This document shows positions 58,186 to 64,000 of a DNA stretch of 64,000 bases, piece by piece. The stretch lies in NCBI GenBank assembly GCA_052327205.1, contig CM126211.1, positions 176,948,001 to 177,012,000 of the forward strand, written 5' to 3'. Both the position numbers and the translations under genes were made by a program. A model generated the notes under the pieces. It ran no database searches. It saw only the letters and a program-made list of their open reading frames with translations, and was not told the origin of the DNA. Origin of the DNA: Somniosus microcephalus. Taxonomy: Eukaryota. Position 1 is the first letter of the stretch. Each line of letters begins with the position of its first letter.

Positions 58186-58692
58186 CAGGAAACTCTCGTT
58201 TAAATGGCAAAATTCATACTCTGAAAACAACGCCTCAATAACCGGAAATGTGTCCAAGTCCGAGTCTCCCGCGGTGGCCGAGTTAGTCAGTGGGGGTAGT
58301 TCTCCAAACTGCCACTACTCAGCTTCTTGGCGCTATCGGAAGTCCGAACACCTCAATAACAGGAGTCTGACTCTCCCGCGCTGCCAGTAGTCTCTTCCGA
58401 TCCGCCATTTTTCTGTTTACTGTATAAGTTTTGTTTTACTGTTAAGTAATTAAAGAGTTATGGATTACCCTCAACTGGCAGTACTGTGCTTAATCAAGCA
58501 TCTTCCACCATCCATTTAACCCAACATTCTGTAGGTGAGTACCCAATTACTGTATACTGCACATTTCTCGATTTTTCTTATTTTTGTTTGTTAAAAATAG
58601 CCTTGGTAGATAACCCTCTCCGTCATCCGGAATTTTTAATCAACCGCCACCATCCTGGTCCCGTCGGTGCCGGATACCAAAGAGTTTCCTTG
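58186..58692. mobile_element. Tc1/mariner (pogo/Tigger-like) MITE
   Basis: TA|CAGGAAACTCT...AGAGTTTCCTTG|TA ends; subterminal TGGTCCCG..CGGATA also seen in the element at 63210. Confidence 0.65.
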
Positions 58693-59467
58693 TACATTCA
58701 AAAAGATGCCCCTTTGCCCACTGAGGGACTTTATAAAAACGTTTGTGTCCATATTGCTGGGCCTTAGGTGCCCCCTGTTGGAGCAGAATAGTGCCTCCTC
58801 ATTGGGGAAGGTGCTTTGACTGTACCACAACAGGGACAGATGCCTACCCTGAATACTTAAAATGACCCCATCCCTACGATTTGGGGCAAGATCAACAGCA
58901 GGTCAAGGCAGTGCACATCCAACCTTTAAAAGGGTTTATGAATTTCTAGCCCAGTAACATTGTTTCTTTATCTCTGATGTTCTTCCTCCTGTAAGAATTT
59001 GTACCTCTCTATGGTAAAGTTGCACTGGTGGCAGTTGCTTCCTGATACCATGCCCAAGTGGCTGTTATTTATATTTGACAGTGGCAGATTATCTGATTGT
59101 GGAGAATGTCACCACCTAGCCCAATCCTGTCCTCATTTGCAATCCATATGCATGCATTTGCAGCAGGGATCACTGACCGGAGTGAAACCCTTGGATTATT
59201 TCTTCACGCTCTGCCCCCATTTTTACTGCAATGTTTTTTCTATGTTTCTGTTTTTAAAGTTTTGGGTATCCAAAAATAGTGGAGAATGTTTAGGTGGAAA
59301 CAAAAGTAGCTGAATATTAATGAGTGTCAAATTAATGCAACTGTAATTAAAGCATTTGTAAGACTTCAGCAGAACAGACATTGCTGGAAAAGGGTACATA
59401 AAAGGGAATCTTAGGATACTGGAGGTCATGGAGCATTATGGCAGCTAAGTGCAAGCTACTGTGCCAA

Positions 59468-59570
59468 TACGATAGCAAAATACTGCGGATGCTGGAAATC
59501 TGAAATAACAACAGAAAATGCTGGAAATACTCAGCTGCCTGGCCTGCTGAGTATTTCCAGCATTTTCTGT
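59468..59570. mobile_element. Short Penelope-like insertion with inverted end
   Basis: 14-bp TSD AGCTACTGTGCCAA at 59454-59467 and 59571-59584; perfect 25-bp inverted repeat at 59511-59535 and 59546-59570; same motif as 26053. Confidence 0.8.
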
Positions 59571-61476
59571 AGCTACTGTGCCAAGTTAAGTTAAAGTTAA
59601 TAATGGTGGTCGATCTTAAAAGTGCCCAAATACAGTATGGTTGAACTGGTATAAGATGAACGAAGGTATGGCAGGAAGAAGCAGAGTCAGACTTGCAGCA
59701 CCTCCCATTATGCCACCACACATATCTGCAGGCTCTTGGCACACGTACCTGGCAATGAATCCATGGAGCCAGTTGTATAGCTGTACCATCTGCTTCAAAA
59801 TCACCTGTCGCCAAACTGCGCCATAAGGATGCTACTGATAGTGATAGTCAAGGTTAGCATACCCTCAACTTTTTTTCTTCTGCCTCCCCCTGTGCTACAA
59901 TAAGGATCATCTGTAATATCAGTCAATCTACTGTCCACAAATGTATCAAGCAGGTTTTTTTGTTTTTTATCTTCATACTCTTTCCTTGGAAAGAATAGTG
60001 TGAAGTAGTGGATGGATTCTCAGGCTGATTAACAGTCTGCTGGGTTGTGACGAACGCTTCTTCCATGGCCGTAACCATCTTTCCATCAGCCGACAGGCTG
60101 GTTAGTCCTATACAGCAGGAGGGTTTTATGGGCTCCCACAACCCATACAATGAGGGGAATGCGAGTATCCTGCTGGATATCAATTCAGAGTGGAAATCTG
60201 GTCTCCACTTGCCAGGAATAGGGCTCCAACCCTGCACCTACTCACTTGGAAATGCAATCTCTAAACTAAAGGCTCGCTCATCAAGCAGGTAACTGTGGTA
60301 TTGATCAGCACTCTCACCTCCTTTCTTACTTAATCCTAAAAGTAGCATGACATGACTACTCATAGTCACTGCACTGCTGCATTTCTTAAAAGTAGAGTAG
60401 GTCACTGATGACAGCCATGTGACTATCTGCTCCTTCTCTAACACAATCATCTGCTTCTCCTCATCTATGCGCTGTAGCTCACCTGATGCCACTCCTCAAG
60501 CTCACTAACTGCAACCATCAAGATGTGCTGTGCAGGTTGCTTGCAAATATTTGTGTGAGAGGGAAGCAGAGTGTTGTGCGGTATCTTGTTCTGGTGCCAC
60601 CGTCAGCACTGATAGGCTATCTACCAGTCCTACAATGACCAAAAAGGAATAAATGTTAGAATGTTGACATCAAGAGATTCCTTAATTTTGGAGCTTGCAT
60701 TGCAAGATGCTGTCTGTGTTTTGGCTATGTATAGTCCATCCCTGGGAGTGAATGACAAGGAAGACGCGACCTATAAGCTGAATGATACTGGCCCTGATCT
60801 TGGGGAGGCCTGCAGCATCACCTTCCCTCTACTATGTCCATGTTCTTGTATGCAACAATGTCCAGGGTATTCTCCTCCAAGAAGTTCAAGGGCTTTCAGT
60901 TTCTGAGCCCTCTTCTGGTTCAGGTTCTCTTGTACAATGAGATGGCAGATAATACAAGTAGAGAAGTATTCTGAGGTATTTTAAATTGAAGGAGCACATG
61001 TACATTTACAAACATCTATCCAATCTGTAGTCCATCCTGTGTGTCAGTAAGTGATTATGCAGCTAGGTTGTGTTGCACTGATATTGTGTGGAGCCCTTTG
61101 AAGATGCCAATGTGCTGTGGTTTTCAATTCCAAGTTTTCGCTTGAATGTATGCTCTCCTGGGGTACACTTGGTAAGTAATGAAAGAGTCGAATGGTTGTA
61201 TGTGACATTGGTTTGAGTCAGCAATAAATGTCCAACAATTGGTGGGCAACACTTTGTGGTATGCATATTTTGGCTATCTACCCAGTAAATGGTACTATTG
61301 AGTCGTCCTTAGCGGCTTCCTTAAGGCATGCCATCTTCTTTTGCATCTGTTCCCACATTCTGAAGATAGTGCACTGAGTGTTGACCATGATTATCACTTC
61401 CTGCTAGGCATGTTGCACCTCTGCGGAGGGTGCCCTGAAATGCTAAACAAGGCACTCTTCCTCACAGTCATCTTGT

Positions 61477-62290
61477 GCAACAACAACTTGTATTTATATA
61501 GCATCTTTAACATAGTAAAGCGTCCCAAGGCGCTTCATAAGAGAATTATAAAACAAAATTTGATACTGAGCCACATAGAGATATTAGGGCAGATGATCAA
61601 AAGCTTGGGCAAAGAGGTAGGTTTTAAGGAGTGTCTTAAAGGAGGGTAGAGAGGCGGAGAGTTTTAGGGAGGGAATTCCAGAGCTTAGGGCCTTGGAAGC
61701 TGAAGACAAAGCCACCAATGGTGGAGCGATTTATAATCGGGGTTGTTCAAGAGACCATAATTAGAAGAGTGCAGATATCTTGGAGGGTTGTGGGGCTGAA
61801 GGAGATTACAAAGATAGGGAGGGGCAAGGCCATGACAGGATTTGAAAACAAGGATGAGAATTTTAAAATTGTGGCGTTGCTTAACCAGGAGTGAATGTAC
61901 AGCAAGCATTGATGGGTGAAAGGGATTGGTGCGAGTTAGGATACGGGCAGCAGAGTTTTTGAAGGTTGGAAAATGGGAGGTTGACCAGGAGAGCATTGGA
62001 GTAGTCAAATCTAGAGGTAACAAAGGCATGGATGAGAGTTTCAGCAGCCGATGAGCTGAGGCAGGGGTGGAGTTGGGCGATGTTCTGGAAGTGGAATGGT
62101 GACCAGGATGAGAATTTTTAAATCGTGGCATTGCTTAACCGGGAGCCAGTGTAGCTCAGCGAGCACAGGGTTGATGAGTGATCGGGACTTGATACAAGTT
62201 AGGACACAGACAGCAGAGTTTTGGGTGACCTCAAGTTTACAGAGGGGTGCGTTGGAATAGTCAAGTCTAGAGGTAACAAAGGCATGGAAG
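61477..62290 (-). mobile_element. L2 LINE 3' fragment with internal partial duplication
   Basis: NSAARILTRT and FKILILVFKSCHGLAPPYL motifs; (TTG)n tail; blocks from ~61850-62030 recur at ~62105-62290. Confidence 0.82.
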
Positions 62291-62585
62291 CAGAAGCAAC
62301 CTCCATTTCCTGACTATCAAACACAGAGTTTCAGTGCTAAGTGCTCTACCACTTGCCCATGGGCTCATTTTTCTGTCCCCATATTCGCTTTGTCTTCCAT
62401 TGTATTTTTATTAACCACCTATTTTGCCCCATACAGCCTTTTGGAAAAACTGGTCACTGCCCTTTAAACCGAGCTTGCAGCCTTTTATGGGCTGATGATT
62501 TGCCATATTTCCTATCCCCTGTCACTCCTTGGCAAAGTTCTATTGCCATACTCGATCCAGGCCAGAAGCTTGCTTTGAATGTGAA

Positions 62586-63209
62586 TTTTTTTTAAATTCC
62601 TTTTATGGGACGTGGGCGTCGCTGGCAAGGCCAGCATTTATTCCCATCCCTAGTTGCCCTTGAGAAGGTGGAGGTGAGCTGCCTTCTTGAACCGCTGCAG
62701 TCCGTGTGGTGAAGGTACTCCCACACTGCTGTTAGGGAGGGTCGTGCCAGGATTCTGACCCAGCGACGATGAAGGATCGGCGATATACTTCTAAGTCAGG
62801 ATGGTGTGTGACTTGGAGGGGAACTTGGAGGTGGTGGTATTCCCATGCACCTGCTGCCCTTGTCCTTCTAGGTGGTAGAGGTCACGGATTTGGGAGGTGC
62901 TGCCGAAGAAGTCTTGGCGAGTTGCTGCAGTGCATCTTGTAGATGGTACACACTGCAGCCACGGTACGCTGGTGGTGGAGGGAGTGAATGTTGAAGGTGG
63001 TGGATGGGGTGCCAATCAAGTGGGCTGCTTTGTCCTGTATGGTGTTGAGCTTCTTGAGTGTTGTTGGAGCTGCACTCATCCAGGCAAGTGGAGAGTATTC
63101 CATCACACCTCTTACTTGTGTCTTGTAGATGGTGGAAAGGCTTTGGGGAGTCTGGAGGTGAGACACTCACCACAGAATACCTAGCCTCTGACCTCTTGTT
63201 GCCACAGTA
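62586..63209 (-). mobile_element. CR1-Zenon-like LINE 3' fragment
   Basis: ORF 62882..63166, same family as 5966 and 9097; interrupted at a TA by the next element. Confidence 0.88.
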
Positions 63210-64000
63210 CAGGTAGACTACCCTTTATCCGGACTTCCGAAAACCGAAACCCTCTAAAAACCGAAGGTTTTTTCGTTCAGCGTAAGTCGTGCGTACGAAC
63301 GAAAAAACCTTCGGTTTTTAGAGGGTTCCGGTTTCGGAAGTTCGGATAAAGGGTAAGTCGTGCGCACGACCCCCCGCCGACCCCCCCGCGGACCCCGCCG
63401 GCCCCGACAACCGCCGGCCCCGACAACCGCCGACCCCGACAACCGCCGATCCCCCGCGGACCCCGCCGGCCCCGACAACCGCCGATCCCCCCCGCGGACC
63501 CCGCCAGCCCCGACAACCGCCGACCCCCCCAGCCCCGACAACCGCCGACCCCCCCGCGGACCCCGCCGGCCCCGACAACCGCCGACCCCGACAACCGCCG
63601 ACCCCCCCCCGCGGACCCCACCGGCCCCGACAACCGCCGACCCCGCCAACCGCCGATCCCCCCCGCCGACCCCCCCGCGGACCCCGCCGGCCCCGACAAC
63701 CGCCGACCCCGACAACCGCCGAACCAGCCCCGACAACCGCCGAACCCCCCCGCCAGCCCCGACAACCGCCGACCCCCCCGCGGACCCCGACAACCGCCAG
63801 CCCCGACAACCGCCGACCCCCCCGCGGACCCCGCCGGCCTCGACCCCCGCCAACCCCGACTGACTTACGCTGAGCGTCAGCGTAAGTCGTGCGCACGACC
63901 CCCCGCCGACCCCCCCCCGCGGACCCCCGCCGACCCACCTTCCGAAATCCGAAATTCTCCTTTATCCGAAACTCGGCTGGTCCCGAGGTTTTCGGATAAA
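63210..64000. mobile_element. Tigger/pogo-like MITE with internal palindromes and minisatellite (runs past the window end)
   Basis: TA|CAGGTAGACTACCCTTTATCCG left TIR; the window ends in TGGTCCCGAGGTTTTCGGATAAA, the start of the complementary right TIR. Confidence 0.75.
63367..63860. repeat. C-rich minisatellite
   Basis: Interspersed CCCCGACAACCGCCGA and CCCCCCGCGGACCCCGCCGG units. Confidence 0.92.

Noticed and set aside
63254-63938. Gly/Arg/Pro-rich ORFs on both strands
   Set aside because: Translation of the C-rich satellite inside a MITE.

Overview
This is eukaryotic, repeat-dense vertebrate DNA, most likely from an elasmobranch (shark or ray). That inference rests on an HE1-like V-SINE, a Deu-domain SINE, abundant CR1 and CR1-Zenon-like LINEs and Penelope fragments. 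No host protein-coding exon could be identified with confidence, so the window reads as a giant intron or intergenic region of nested transposable elements, and most short ORFs in the track are TE fragments or their antisense shadows. The centrepiece is a 7.9-kb endogenous retrovirus (39539-47414, +) with 572-bp LTRs differing at only 3 positions, a 4-bp TSD, a tRNA-Leu PBS and a PPT, inserted into the pol of an older Mag-like Gypsy element (-). It carries an array of 5+1 hairpins in the leader, a gag UGA-CUAG readthrough signal followed by a stem-loop, a 2H-phosphoesterase-like domain (two HxT motifs) between protease and RT, and a short Cys-rich signal-peptide ORF with splice signals in place of env. 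The window also holds three solo or near-solo LTRs, RTE, L2 and Rex1/Babar LINEs, Tigger- and Harbinger-like MITEs, two GC-rich minisatellites and a candidate recursive splice site. Family names come from recalled motifs, not database searches, and boundaries without a TSD are approximate.
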